A stretch of 64,000 bases of DNA from Calditrichia bacterium (GCA_963777955.1 CAVZSQ010000001.1:96001-160000), one strand, 5' to 3'; shown: positions 43,143 to 54,211, numbered from the stretch's first letter. Notes: generated by a model from the letters alone, not told the origin. Made by a program: numbers and translations.

Positions 43143-44442
43143 TCAAGGTTGATAAAAATTCTGTCCGGTTCCATTCTCAACCGTCAACTTTTTACCTTTT
43201 GTTTCCGGAAACATCCAGATCCATAAGCCGGTCAGCAGGGCAAACAGGGCAGCCAGGGAGATCCCGCCGCCTAAACCATATTTCGCCGCGATCATGGCAA
43301 TAACCACCGGAGTGAAAAACTGCACACCACGGGCCAGGTTGAAAGCAGAACCCATGGCGGTATTGCGGATGCCGGTAGGGAACAACTCGGAGAACAAAGG
43401 GCCATAACCGCCGAACATGCCCGTACCGAATCCGACCAGAAACATAAAGGCCAGGATTACTTGTGGTGTGGCCGCGATGAGATCCCACATGATCGTGATC
43501 ATGATCAAGCCCAGGGCCATCACGAATGAATAGATGGTATAGGCCGGCCGGCGCCCCAGACGATCAGCTACAAAACCGAAGGTAAAATAACCCAGGAAAC
43601 CGCCGGTCTGGGTCACTAGCATCCACAGGGCCGACTTGGCCATGGAGAATTCGCGCTGCTGATGCAGGTAGCCGGGCAACCAGGAGTAAGTAAACCAGTA
43701 GGCTGACATGTCAAAGATGGCCAGAACCAGGCAGAGCAGGAAAATTCTGCGGTAAGGCTGTGAAAAAAGCAGAAAAAAATTGTTCTGACGTTCAGAGACA
43801 ATTGATGTGGCGGGCTGCTGAGCCAGGCGTTTTTTGCGTTCCAACCACATATCGGACTCAGCCATGGATCTGCGGATGAACACGACCAGCAGTGCCGGCA
43901 GTACGGATATGAAAAAGCAGGCCCGCCAGCCGATGGCTGGAGCCAGGAATCCACCGATCACCGAGGCCAGGGCAATACCAACCGGAGCCCCGGTCTGCAT
44001 ATAGGCACCATACCGTCCGCGCATTTTGGGCGGAAAGGTCTCGCTGACATAGGTCTGTCCCGTACCCCATTCACCTCCGACTCCAAGCCCGGTAATAATT
44101 CTGAAGAACATCAACAGCCATAAATTACCGGCCAGTCCCGAAAGAAATGTTCCGATGCTATACGTTAAAATAGTCCATTGCAGTACACTTTTCCGTCCAT
44201 AACGGTCGGAAAGCATGCCGAAAATCACCCCGCCTAGGGCCGTGGCGGCAAGCGAGGCACCGAGGACGTACGATACTTCAACGGCAGTAAGGCCGAGATC
44301 TTTACTGATCGGGATGAGCAGGAAGGTATAAAGAATAAGATCGTAGAAATCGAACACCCAGCCGGCCCAACTCAGCAGCAGAATACGATAGTGCTGTTTT
44401 GTAAGGTCTCTGATGTTCGCTGAGCAATAGATTAGATTGCAT
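43143..44442 (-). CDS. MFS transporter (sugar/organic acid type); frameshift near 44410
   Basis: W.GW.FDFYD, SDRYGRK, R..TGLGVGGEW, ETFP...RG, ADRLGRR, SELFPT..R, PETKG. Confidence 0.92.
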
Positions 44443-44465
44443 AGCGTAAGTAAAAATTTAAAATT

Positions 44466-45233
44466 CTATAGAAAATATAACAGAAATACTATTCCCAATA
44501 CGATCCGGTAATAACCGAAGAAAGCAAATCCATATGCCTCGACGAACCAGACAAAAAGTTTTACAGCAATCCAGGCCGAAATAAAGGCAACCACACCGCC
44601 AAGTCCCAGCAGAATCCATTCCGGACCGGCTAGCTGTGCCGATGTTTTGAGCAAGTCATATCCGGTGGCAGCACACATGGTGGGCACGGCCAACAGGAAT
44701 GAAAATTCCGTGGCCTGTTTTTTGTTGTATCCGTTGACGACTCCACCGATAATCGTTGCTGCCGCCCGGGAAACACCCGGTATGACCGAAATACCCTGAA
44801 ACAGACCAATGAAAAAAGCATTACGGTAAGGAATTTCTTCCAATTCTGCATGTTTCCTGGCTGTACTAACGAGCCACTTATCCAGAAGAATAAGTATTAT
44901 TCCACCGATCACCAGGGCCACCGATACTACAATCGTGTTAAACAGGTGCTCTTTAATAATTTTGTAGAATAAAAAACCAATTATCATGGTGGGAATAAAT
45001 GCTACCGCCAGTTTTTTATAAATCATTAGGTTGCTTATAAATCTGCGGGCATAAAGAAATACAATCGCTAGAATAGCCCCGATTTGAATGCTGATCGTGA
45101 AGGTTTTGACAAATTCCGGATTTTGCAGTTTAAGCAGGGCTTCGGCCAGCAGCATATGCCCGGTAGACGAAATCGGCAGAAATTCGGTAAGACCTTCGAT
45201 AATTCCTATTATTATCACATCAAGATAAGTCAT
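44466..45233 (-). CDS. uppP: Undecaprenyl-diphosphatase
   Basis: EGLTEFLPISSTGH, IQ.GAILA, PGVSRAAATI, EFSFLLA.P. Confidence 0.96.
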   Translation of the reverse strand: MTYLDVIIIGIIEGLTEFLPISSTGHMLLAEALLKLQNPEFVKTFTISIQIGAILAIVFLYARRFISNLMIYKKLAVAFIPTMIIGFLFYKIIKEHLFNTIVVSVALVIGGIILILLDKWLVSTARKHAELEEIPYRNAFFIGLFQGISVIPGVSRAAATIIGGVVNGYNKKQATEFSFLLAVPTMCAATGYDLLKTSAQLAGPEWILLGLGGVVAFISAWIAVKLFVWFVEAYGFAFFGYYRIVLGIVFLLYFL

Positions 45234-45407
45234 AAGTAATATTCCTCTGTAACAGCATTAGCATAAATTAAAATTCAGTTTACTTCTTGCTGTTATAAAA
45301 ATCAAACTTATTTACACATAATCCGGTAGTCCAGCCAATGGCTTTATTATCTCAGTGGATTAGATATACCTCAGGTGCGTATAAAAAAAGTTTTTCTATA
45401 CTCTCCG

Positions 45408-45860
45408 TTAATCACCAGTGCTGAAGAGGAGTTCCTCGACGAGTTTGCTGGCATCGCGGACACAGGGCAGGCAGACCTGGTTATGGAGGTCTTTTTCCTT
45501 GAATTGCTGTTTGCCCTCGGCTGTATTAAGATCACAATCCAACAGTTCCCGGCAGGAAATTGTTCCGTGTAACTGCCGGAACTGATTGCTGAATTCCTGC
45601 ACCAGGGCATAGGCATTTTCCTTGCTGGCGGAGTCGGCAGAATCCACCATGCCATGCTTGCATCCTATCACCATAAAAGCGCCGGTAACGGCTCCGCAGA
45701 CATTCTGTAATCGACCCAGGCCGCCGCCAAAACCGGTAGATATTCGCAAGGCATCTTCTTTCTTTATCTTTAATAATGGCGCATAGGTAGAAAAGACGGC
45801 CTGAGCACAATTAAATCCTTGTTTGAAACAATCAGCGGCAATATCGATTCTCATTTTCAT
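45408..45860 (-). CDS. C_GCAxxG_C_C family redox-active protein
   Basis: GFNCAQAV, GFGGG.G...VCGAVTGA, G.I.CRELL, C..CV. Confidence 0.9.
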   Translation of the reverse strand: MKMRIDIAADCFKQGFNCAQAVFSTYAPLLKIKKEDALRISTGFGGGLGRLQNVCGAVTGAFMVIGCKHGMVDSADSASKENAYALVQEFSNQFRQLHGTISCRELLDCDLNTAEGKQQFKEKDLHNQVCLPCVRDASKLVEELLFSTGD

Positions 45861-45921
45861 TGAACATCCTTTATATTAATGGCTTTGTTATTTTATGGAG
45901 AATTCAACAATTGAATATTCA

Positions 45922-46025
45922 AATTTCGCCTTTGGCGACCTACCCCCACTTACGTGGGGGCTAGCTTTAATTATCTGGCCAAAACTTGTCCCCGCACAAG
46001 CGGGGAACAGGCAAAAAGGCGAATT
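45922..46025. repeat. Expanded copy of the 10001 repeat carrying two inserted mini-hairpins
   Basis: TTTCGCCTTTGGCGACCTA[CCCCCACTTACGTGGGGG..]CTTT..TCTGGCCAAAA[CTTGTCCCCGCACAAGCGGGG]AACAGGCAAAAAGGCGAA. Confidence 0.7.
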
Positions 46026-46169
46026 AAAAAATTTGTTCATATTTAAACAATATTAATATACAACTAGTTCCAGCATACTATTGGGTGGTATTCTGATCTG
46101 CTGCTTTTGATCGCGATTAGGTGAGAGTGTCTCCCAGTTGGAATTTGATTAATTAAACTCTTTATCAGT

Positions 46170-46955
46170 TTAAAACTTTATCTCAAATGATACCTGTACC
46201 TGACTGGTAATTGAAATTGTTTGAGCAAAAACTCCCGATCCCTGGCTCTCGTAAACTCCCTGTTCCTTAGTAATCTCCGGTGCTGATGGGGGATTGAAGG
46301 GATTATATGAGGATGAGTAAATCTTTGACATTGCATAAAAACTAAGTCGAGAGTCTTGAGGTACTTTTGGACCAACCTTGGTCGGTTGCGTTTCCTCAAT
46401 ATTAATTACCCGGCCTAAAGTAACGCCCAGGGCAGCGGCAATATCTTCAGCTTTCTCTCTGGCTTTATGCGCTGCAGCAATTCTGGCTTTCCGACGCAAG
46501 CCAAGTTCGTCTTTGAGACTAAAACTGATACTGGATATATTTTCCAGTTCCCCTTCGCTGATTGTATACAAAATCGAATCCATTATCTTCAGGCTGTCTA
46601 CTGTCACTTCTGTGATCAGATCAGCTCTGTAATCACGTTTGTGAGACAGAATTGCTTTGTTTCCCCAGTTTTCTCCACTATAAAACTTTGATGTTGATAA
46701 TTTGTCTGCAGCCACGCCTAAACGATGTAATCGGTTTGTTATGGCCTTGACTTTGATATTCGCATCTTCGACGGCCCGGCGAAATGAAGGACCGACTCCC
46801 TTTACCGAAAATGTAAAATACGCCTGGTCTGCTACTTCTTTCAATTCAACGCTACCCAAAACGGTAATTTGATTAGATTGGTTTTGATTTTCCTGGCCAT
46901 AAGTGGACACCGCAAAAAGGAAAAGAAAAAAAATGACCGATTTGATTTTACTCAT
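46170..46955 (-). CDS. SIMPL (DUF541) domain protein
   Basis: Signal peptide; ITV.G..E....D.A, A...AR.KA..IA.ALGV.LG.V..I.E, V.V.F. Confidence 0.88.
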   Translation of the reverse strand: MSKIKSVIFFLFLFAVSTYGQENQNQSNQITVLGSVELKEVADQAYFTFSVKGVGPSFRRAVEDANIKVKAITNRLHRLGVAADKLSTSKFYSGENWGNKAILSHKRDYRADLITEVTVDSLKIMDSILYTISEGELENISSISFSLKDELGLRRKARIAAAHKAREKAEDIAAALGVTLGRVINIEETQPTKVGPKVPQDSRLSFYAMSKIYSSSYNPFNPPSAPEITKEQGVYESQGSGVFAQTISITSQVQVSFEIKF

Positions 46956-47174
46956 TCTTTTATTCTCCCTATTTTATTTAGTATACTCTCAAAAGCGATC
47001 CATTCAGGATCTTCTTTTGTCTTAATTTTAAAATTTTACAATAGTGAATTTTATTATTAATCAATTTTTCAATCCCAACTGTCAATCCATTGGTAATATT
47101 GAAATGATCTAGATTATATTCATGTTCTAGAAGAATAAATATTTATAGATTGACAAACAAAATGACTATTACCC

Positions 47175-47580
47175 TCAATTATAATTCTTTATAAAATATT
47201 GAATGAACTTTAAACCTGTTACATTAAGAGTGTGCGGAATAGTGATGCAAACACAGGCAGCCACCGCTGAAGCGAAATTAATGATTTTCTCATCTTTCCA
47301 TGATTCCAGCAACCTATAAATAATCCCGGCACGAAATTAATCACCGGCGCCGATGGAATCGATTGGTTTAATCGCATCTTTATTTTTTATCCAGTTACCG
47401 TCGAGTTTAGTCCGCAGGCCAAGTTTTGCTAAGATTATGGCTGAATTTGCTGCTTCACCGCCGATTGAAGGTAGTGTTTATTTTATTTCGGCATTATTCA
47501 TTCGGCCTGGGAAAAAAAGTCCCGGTTAAGAATATGAGCCGTACTTGCCGAAATCATGCCATATAAATATGCATCAGATA
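47175..47580 (-). pseudogene. Internally deleted PfkB carbohydrate kinase remnant
   Basis: GGEAANSAIILAKLGLRTKLDGNW followed after a few codons by IKPIDSIGAGD*FRAGIIY...FASAVAA; in-frame stops present. Confidence 0.75.
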
Positions 47581-47585
47581 TAATA

Positions 47586-48109
47586 TCAGAACCAGGTGCG
47601 CTGACGATAGTGGGAATATTTTTCCCCGAATGTTGCTGCCAGATGATTATCCTCCAGGTGTTGCCAGTAAAGAACATTAGCGATTCCGATCAAGCCGGCC
47701 ATGAAACTGGCCATTGCACCATTATAAACCGACCAGCCAACGATCCATAGGATAAAACCCAGGTACATGGGATGCCGGACAAACGCGAATAATCCTGTGG
47801 TTACCAGGTGATCTATATTTTCCACGCCCCTGAGTTGAAAGAGTGCACCCAGAGCACTATCACCAATCCCAGAATAAATAAGCCAAAACCGCTGTACATC
47901 AGCCAGGAGGGCAATGAGATCTTAATTGGATCCAGGGGACACATTTCAAACCAACTCATCCATAGTGCAAACATGGTAAACAGAATTACAATAAAAAGAG
48001 GCTTGCTCTTTGGGTCCGCTTTTCCGGCCTTTTTAAATAATTCGTAACTGGTGCGTATCAGCAGGCTGATGATAAAGAGAAATAATAGAACAACATAAGT
48101 GCAATTCAT
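47586..48109 (-). CDS. ICMT/PEMT-family membrane methyltransferase; frameshift near 47850
   Basis: LVTTGLFAFVRHPMYLG, ED..L...FGE.Y..YR. Confidence 0.82.
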
Positions 48110-48145
48110 GCAAGGCCGCCTTCGAAGAGTCTATCTTCATGGTTA

Positions 48146-48655
48146 TTATATCATGTCTATTTTTAAATTCGTTTTTCTGATCCAGCGGGGAGCCGCATCG
48201 ACAACCTGGCGAAGAATAAGATTCAGTTGTGCAGTATGGTGCTGTACATGACGCATATTATAGAGTAATAATTCGGCTACGGTCACTTCAGGCGCATCGA
48301 AGTCACAGCGCTCATTTACCTGCTTATCGGTCAATGCTTTAATCTTCCTCCGGCACTTCTGACGGCCATATTCAAGATACTTATTCATTTCGTCTTTGCT
48401 ATAAGCACGTTCGGGCATTATCCCGGCAGGGTCCAATTCATCAAGGGTATAAGGAGCAGGAGGAACGAATCCTGCTTCTGCTTCAGAGAGGTAAAAATCG
48501 AGATAGAACAGAGTATGGAATACAAGATACCAGAACTCCGGCTGACGTGATCCGTCGTACCATAATTCTTCGGGACAGGCGCGCATGGCATTTTCCAGCA
48601 TGTCAATTGCCGCTCCAAACTGCTGCCAGATGATTGTTTTCCAGGTGCTAACCAT
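48146..48655 (-). CDS. DinB family protein
   Basis: QFGAAIDMLENA...CP..LW, FH.LF.LD.YL, YNMRHVQHH.AQL. Confidence 0.88.
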   Translation of the reverse strand: MVSTWKTIIWQQFGAAIDMLENAMRACPEELWYDGSRQPEFWYLVFHTLFYLDFYLSEAEAGFVPPAPYTLDELDPAGIMPERAYSKDEMNKYLEYGRQKCRRKIKALTDKQVNERCDFDAPEVTVAELLLYNMRHVQHHTAQLNLILRQVVDAAPRWIRKTNLKIDMI

Positions 48656-48688
48656 TTATGACAACTCTGCTAATAAAAGACAGCGCTC

Positions 48689-49253
48689 TTAGCGCGGCCA
48701 TAACCAGCCAAATGTTCCTGCGGTCAGCAGGGCATAGATTAATCCGTCAACAGTTATCCTGAAGGTAGTACTCCAGGGCCGGCGGTACCAGATCGACATC
48801 TGCCAGAGTGCGGCGGCATAACCGAGAAATGCGGTTGTACCGGCGAATCTGAAGACTGAAAGATAAGGGGAACCGACTTGCAGTGCGCGACCTGAGACAT
48901 AACCGGTGAAAATGCCTATGACCACGGAATATAAAAACCACAAGATCAATTCCTTGCTCATTCCGGCAGTCCCGCTCTGCCAGACCGAAAGCATCAATAC
49001 CGGACCTTTTTTCATTTTTTCAAGGAATTCCGCCGTGGCCATTTCTTTGGTGCTGCAGGCACGCGGCACCATATACGTCCCCCTGAGGTATGTTGAGCGG
49101 ACGAAGCGCATCCATTACTTTATCCTCGTCAGGTACTTTGCGATAATCTTTTTTATGCCAGGGTAAAAACATATGGATCAGTGAACTTACCACAAAAACA
49201 AATAAGGCTGATATGAGGATGGGCAACCAAAGCATTTGCAATGTAACCATCAT
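48689..49253 (-). CDS. Conserved hypothetical membrane protein; frameshift near 49080
   Basis: LWLPIL.SA..VF..SS.IHM.LPWH..D joined to KGP...IW..RPW..T....[17 protein letters not shown]. Confidence 0.75.
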
Positions 49254-49384
49254 TATTCTCCTTCTATTTATTGTTAAGGTCGCAGTTGATTAATGCCTGA
49301 ATACTGAAGTTATTCAGCTTTAAATATATCAACCATACAGCAGGAGAAATTATTCCGTATCGATTTATTGTTATTTAACAATAT

Positions 49385-49747
49385 TTATTTTTCTCTTTGG
49401 GGGGAATTGTAACCTTTCCCGGCAAAGGGCTGAAGTTTCTCCAACCACAATTCTTCCAGAACTTTTAAATCCCGGGTATAATCGTAAGCCGGATCGTCTT
49501 TTCCCGGCAGATAATCGATTATTTCAAAAACGAAATTTGCCTCGCCGTATTTGATATAATCATCCTGCAAAGCTTTATTCTTATGTGAACCAAGTTTCAG
49601 TTGAAATTTATGGCGATTGCCGAAGACCTGCAGATTTTTACTGCTGCCGATATATATCTTTTCGTTGATTAAATTCCTGATTTGATAAATCCCCATCGGT
49701 GGGATTTTCTGTTTGTACTGCTTGCTTAATTCTTTGCGGTCGGTCAT
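49385..49747 (-). CDS. GIY-YIG nuclease family protein
   Basis: MGIYQIRN..N.KIYIGSS.N, H.NK.LQ.D...YG...F.FEI, LE..W...LQP. Confidence 0.85.
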   Translation of the reverse strand: MTDRKELSKQYKQKIPPMGIYQIRNLINEKIYIGSSKNLQVFGNRHKFQLKLGSHKNKALQDDYIKYGEANFVFEIIDYLPGKDDPAYDYTRDLKVLEELWLEKLQPFAGKGYNSPQREK

Positions 49748-49758
49748 TTATTTATTTT

Positions 49759-51166
49759 TTAAAAATAACTCGAACCATCCCAGCAGTGCGTACAGAGTTT
49801 TTCTTTGGGCAGTCCGATTGCCTGGACCAGGTCTTCGAGTTTCTGATACATCAGGGTGGTAAAATCGAGTCTTTTCCTGATCTGTTCTACCATCAACTGG
49901 TGCTTGCCGTTATTGGTATCGGCGTATTCCCGGATTTCAAATTCTTCTTTACCTTCAATCTCTTTTACGGCGGTGTGCGTGGCCAGATCGAGATTGGAAC
50001 GGGAACGGCTGAAATTCAGGAATTCGCAGGGGAAGGACAGGGGTGGACAGGCAATGCGCATATGCACTTCCTTGATTCCGGCCTGATGCAAATCACGTAC
50101 ATTGTCTTTCAACTGGGTTCCCCGTACAATGGAATCGTCCAGGAATATCCCGCGTTTATCTTTGATAATCGATTCGTTAGGGATCAATTTCATTTTGGCT
50201 ACCAGGTCGCGCGTCGTTTGACTTTGCGGCATAAAACTGCGCGGCCAGGTGGGAGTGTACTTGGCATAGGGACGTTTAAGCGGAATGCCTCTTACACTGC
50301 AGTAACCCATGGCATGTCCCACTCCCGAGTCTGGAATGCCGGCCACGAAATCTGCTGCTACGGAATCTCGCTTGGCCAGGGCCGCTCCGCAGCGGTAACG
50401 GCATTCGTCCACATTGACTCCTTCATAAAACGATGGCGGATAACCGAAGTATACCCACAGGAAAGCGCAGATCTGCATCTGCTCATTGGAGCTTGCGCAA
50501 TTGTTCATGTCCTTCAGCCGTAATTTGCACGATCTCTCCGGGACCCAGATACTTTTCAATTTCAAAGTTCAGATTCGGAAAAGCGCATGTTTCAAAAGTT
50601 GCGGCGTAGGCTCCTTCTTTCTTGCCCAGCACGATAGGTGTGCGGCCAAGTCTGTCCCGGGCAGCGATGATACTATCTTCGGTCAGGATCAGGATGGAAC
50701 AGGAACCTTTGACCAGGCTATAGACGTTTTCAATTCCGGAAACAAAATCATCCCCTTCGGCGATCAGCATGGCGATAAGTTCGGTCGGATTGATGGTACC
50801 ATGACTGAGTTCCGAGAAGGTACGGCGTTGTTTCAGGCAGCGTTTCTCCAACTCGGAGATGTTTACAATCTTGCTTACCGAGGCCACAGCAAAACGTCCC
50901 ATATGCGAAGTGACCAGAATAGGCTGCGCTTCGGTATCGCTGATCACACCGATGCCAAGGTTTCCGGAAAATTCGGTTAAATTAGTCTCAAACTTGTTCC
51001 TGAAATAACCGTCCTCCAGGCTGTGGATCGAGCGTTGAAACCCTTTTGCGGGGGAAAAAAAGGCCAGACCGGCCCGGCGTGTTCCAAGGTGAGAATGGTA
51101 ATCGGTGCCGTAAAATACATCCAGTACACAGGATTCTTTTGAGATACTGCCAAAAAAACCGCTCAT
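49759..51166 (-). CDS. purF: Amidophosphoribosyltransferase-like protein lacking N-terminal Cys; frameshift near 50490
   Basis: AARDRLG.TP, IC.F.WVY, GIPDSG, PRPP motif LDDSIVRGT, R.ACPP, C..CWDG; begins MSGFFG rather than MCG. Confidence 0.85.
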
Positions 51167-51331
51167 GATCCTCCTTCTTTTCCTAAACCATTAATGTAAG
51201 AAGGAATGATCATATACTGCAAAAATTATATGACCTTATGATCGGGTCAGAATTTTCTGATTGCTTTTAAAATTTTCTGGTTAAAAAATGGTGAAGAATG
51301 ATTTAAACCTGCAGGGTTGAACTACAATCTT

Positions 51332-52087
51332 CTATTTTTTACAAATGACGATGAATTCTTTTGAATTTGCGTCTAATTCTTTCCCGTGGTAATCACCGAG
51401 AATTTTATAATTTTTAAAAGCAGACCTTTCGATCAGATGTTCCAATTCATACCTGAAAAAGAACCGCATTGGGAATTTCCACTCCTCCTGTTTCAGCCCG
51501 TCGGATTCAATCCATTCGAGACGAAAGGTTACATTGATCAGCTGGTTCAGCAGATCCGGCTTAGTTGACACAATTCTTTTGATTTTTTTACCCGGTTCGT
51601 ACTCTGCTTCAAAATCGATATGGTTATCGAATCCATTTATTAATTGCCGCAAATCCGGCACGAAAGTATCGAAAATAAATTTACCATTGGATTTTAAGTG
51701 CCGGTAAACATTATTAAGTGCCGCAAGTTGTTCATTTTTATCCAGCAGATGCATCATGACCCTGAAAGGAGCGACTATTAATTCGAACCGGTCAGCAAAA
51801 TGAAAGTTAACCATATTTTGAAGACTGATACGCTTATGGTGTTCAGGGGATAGTTTATCAAGTAACACGCTAATCATTGATTCGCTGATATCCAGACCGT
51901 AAATATCAACACCCTGGTTCAACGCTTCGACGAATAATCTTCCGGTACCAACCCCCATTTCCAGCACTTTTCCCTTTACCTGTTTAAGTTCCTGCAGAAA
52001 AAATTCCTTGTCGACACTGTCTCTTAACTGGTGATAGATCAGGTCGTAAAACCTGGCATAAGTTGCCGGATAATTGACAAATTTCAT
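51332..52087 (-). CDS. Class I SAM-dependent methyltransferase
   Basis: YARFYD, VLEMGVGTGR, GLDISESM, HL..NG.FIFD. Confidence 0.9.
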   Translation of the reverse strand: MKFVNYPATYARFYDLIYHQLRDSVDKEFFLQELKQVKGKVLEMGVGTGRLFVEALNQGVDIYGLDISESMISVLLDKLSPEHHKRISLQNMVNFHFADRFELIVAPFRVMMHLLDKNEQLAALNNVYRHLKSNGKFIFDTFVPDLRQLINGFDNHIDFEAEYEPGKKIKRIVSTKPDLLNQLINVTFRLEWIESDGLKQEEWKFPMRFFFRYELEHLIERSAFKNYKILGDYHGKELDANSKEFIVICKK

Positions 52088-52977
52088 ATTATGTATTCAC
52101 CTTTAATTCTGGTTATCGCGCCTCCGCCGAATAAGACCCGTTCATGATTATTTTCATCCAGTTTCCTGCGTAGTTTTACAATATTATAGTCATCCATTAA
52201 TCCGTTTTGTTCAATTACTATAGTTTCCTTGTTCCATTTTCCCCGGCTGATTAGGTAATATCCGAAAGCCGAATTGCCTGAACCGGTAGCCGGATCTTCC
52301 ATGTATCCGAAGATCGGGGCAAAGACCCGCGTCCTGTAATCACTTAATTTATCAGCGACTGCGGTGCTAAAAACCTCTATAATATCAACCGCTGATGCTA
52401 AACAAAATTCTTTCAGTTCGGTGAAGTCGGGTGAAATATTAAGAAGGCATTCAAGAGTCCTGATGGGCACAATCAGGGTGGTTAAGCCGGCATTGACGAT
52501 TTTTACCGGCCAGTTAAGGTCAAAATTCGCTGCTGAAATTTTCAGTTTGACTGAAATAGTGTTTAAAACCGGAATTTCGGTTTTTTCTTCGGGGAGGGGG
52601 GACATAATAAAAACAGAATCTTCATTCTTTATCCGGTTTTCTACCTGCAGTTCTCCTTTATTGGTCCAGATTTTCAACATATCATGTTTTATCAACTCTT
52701 TATTATTTTTGATTAAATCATACATGATGGCAATAGTGGCATGACCACAAAAATCGACTTCCCTTTCTGCTGAATAATACTTTAAGTCAAAACGATTTTC
52801 TCCGCTTTGAAATATGAATCCAACTTCATTCACAAAACCTTTCAATTCTCTGGCAATCTGCAGCATCTCACTTTCGGAAATATCGTTTTTTGAGTCAAGC
52901 CAGATATATCCGGCCGGATTTCCTGCAGATCTCCTGGTAGCAAAAGCATCAATTTTTTTAAATTTAAAATTTTTCAT
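52084..52977 (-). CDS. PhzF family isomerase/epimerase
   Basis: IDAF...GNPA, EVDFCGHAT, R.FAP..G..EDPATGS. Confidence 0.93.
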   Translation of the reverse strand: MKNFKFKKIDAFATRRSAGNPAGYIWLDSKNDISESEMLQIARELKGFVNEVGFIFQSGENRFDLKYYSAEREVDFCGHATIAIMYDLIKNNKELIKHDMLKIWTNKGELQVENRIKNEDSVFIMSPLPEEKTEIPVLNTISVKLKISAANFDLNWPVKIVNAGLTTLIVPIRTLECLLNISPDFTELKEFCLASAVDIIEVFSTAVADKLSDYRTRVFAPIFGYMEDPATGSGNSAFGYYLISRGKWNKETIVIEQNGLMDDYNIVKLRRKLDENNHERVLFGGGAITRIKGEYII

Positions 52978-53034
52978 AGCACTGGTCTTTAAAAATATAT
53001 CTTTTGAATATTATTTATTGTTGGTTGGAAATAT

Positions 53035-53637
53035 TTAGCCATTAAATGATCTGATTATCTTATCGATGGTCACTTCTACCTCAGTCAACCATTGCTTTCG
53101 TTGCTGTTCGGTACTATCCGCGATTATTTTAAAAGTTTTCCGATAATATCTGTTAATACCGCAAAAATCAAAAACACATTGTTTCCAGATCCTTTCCAGT
53201 GGATCACCAAAGTATTTTTCTTCTCTTTCTTCAGCCGTATTGGAAGTATTGAAGACGATTCCGTATTTGCCCTGCAATTTTCCAATGGCTATCCCGCCGC
53301 CCGAGTCTCCCGGCGGAAAATCATAACAGTAAGTGGGCCTGAACACCCGGTCGATGTACCCTTTCAAAATGGCCGGGGGTTGCCCCCACCAGTTGGGATG
53401 AATAAAAATAAGTATATCCGATACCAATAATTCCCGGGAGTATTTATTTACCAGTTTGTCCTTAGAAATATCGGAACCTAATTCGTCACGGGTTAAAAGC
53501 GGATTGAAATTTTCCTCGTATAAATCATGAGCATGGGTGGTAATATTTAGTTGCTTTAGTCTTAAACATACACTTTTAAAAATTGCATGGTTGAAACTCC
53601 TGTCATACGGATGTGCCAGGATTACACTCGCAATCAT
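53035..53637 (-). CDS. Flavodoxin-like NAD(P)H:quinone oxidoreductase
   Basis: LAHP...SFN, DLY.E.FNP, HPNWWGQPPAILKG.IDRV. Confidence 0.9.
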   Translation of the reverse strand: MIASVILAHPYDRSFNHAIFKSVCLRLKQLNITTHAHDLYEENFNPLLTRDELGSDISKDKLVNKYSRELLVSDILIFIHPNWWGQPPAILKGYIDRVFRPTYCYDFPPGDSGGGIAIGKLQGKYGIVFNTSNTAEEREEKYFGDPLERIWKQCVFDFCGINRYYRKTFKIIADSTEQQRKQWLTEVEVTIDKIIRSFNG

Positions 53638-53806
53638 AATAATCCTTTCATTATCAGATTGTCAGGTTAGTACCTTATTGAAGGATTAGATATACGATAA
53701 CCCTGAATCAGGATCAAGCCTTTTTTTCGACCGGCATTTCATAATGCTGAGCAGGGCATAAAGAGGATTAAATTTATAACGTATGTTTTTCCTGCTTTGG
53801 AAGATA

Positions 53807-54211
53807 TTACTTGTTTATATGATCTGGATCCATCCAGAATGCTTCCCAGATATGGCCATCCGGGTCATTAAAACTTCTGCTGAACATGAATCCGTAATCC
53901 TCGGCGGGCCGTGTCTGTGTCGCGCCTGATTTAAGAGCAGTGTCGACCAACCGGTTTACTTCATCTTTGCTGTTAAAAGACAGGGCGGTGATTACCTCAG
54001 TACTGTTTTTAGCGTCAGCAATTTGCTTGGGTGTAAATTCCTTGAACTTGGCCTCGGTCAGCAGCATGGCATAAATGTCATTTGCAATAACCATGCAGGC
54101 GGCGGTATCATCAGTGAACTGTGAATTGAAAGAAAATCCAAGTTGTGTAAAGAATGCCATGGATTTTTTCAGATCCTTGACTGGCAAATTAACAAATATC
54201 TGGGTTGCCAT
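53807..54211 (-). CDS. VOC/glyoxalase family protein
   Basis: IFVNLPVKDL.KS..FF..LGFSFN.QFTD, DYGFM.SRSF.DPDGH.WE. Confidence 0.92.
   Translation of the reverse strand: MATQIFVNLPVKDLKKSMAFFTQLGFSFNSQFTDDTAACMVIANDIYAMLLTEAKFKEFTPKQIADAKNSTEVITALSFNSKDEVNRLVDTALKSGATQTRPAEDYGFMFSRSFNDPDGHIWEAFWMDPDHINK

Noticed and set aside
49385..49747. GIY-YIG gene as homing endonuclease or mobiliser of the palindromic repeats
   Set aside because: Short stand-alone gene, not in an intron and not flanked by any of the repeat families
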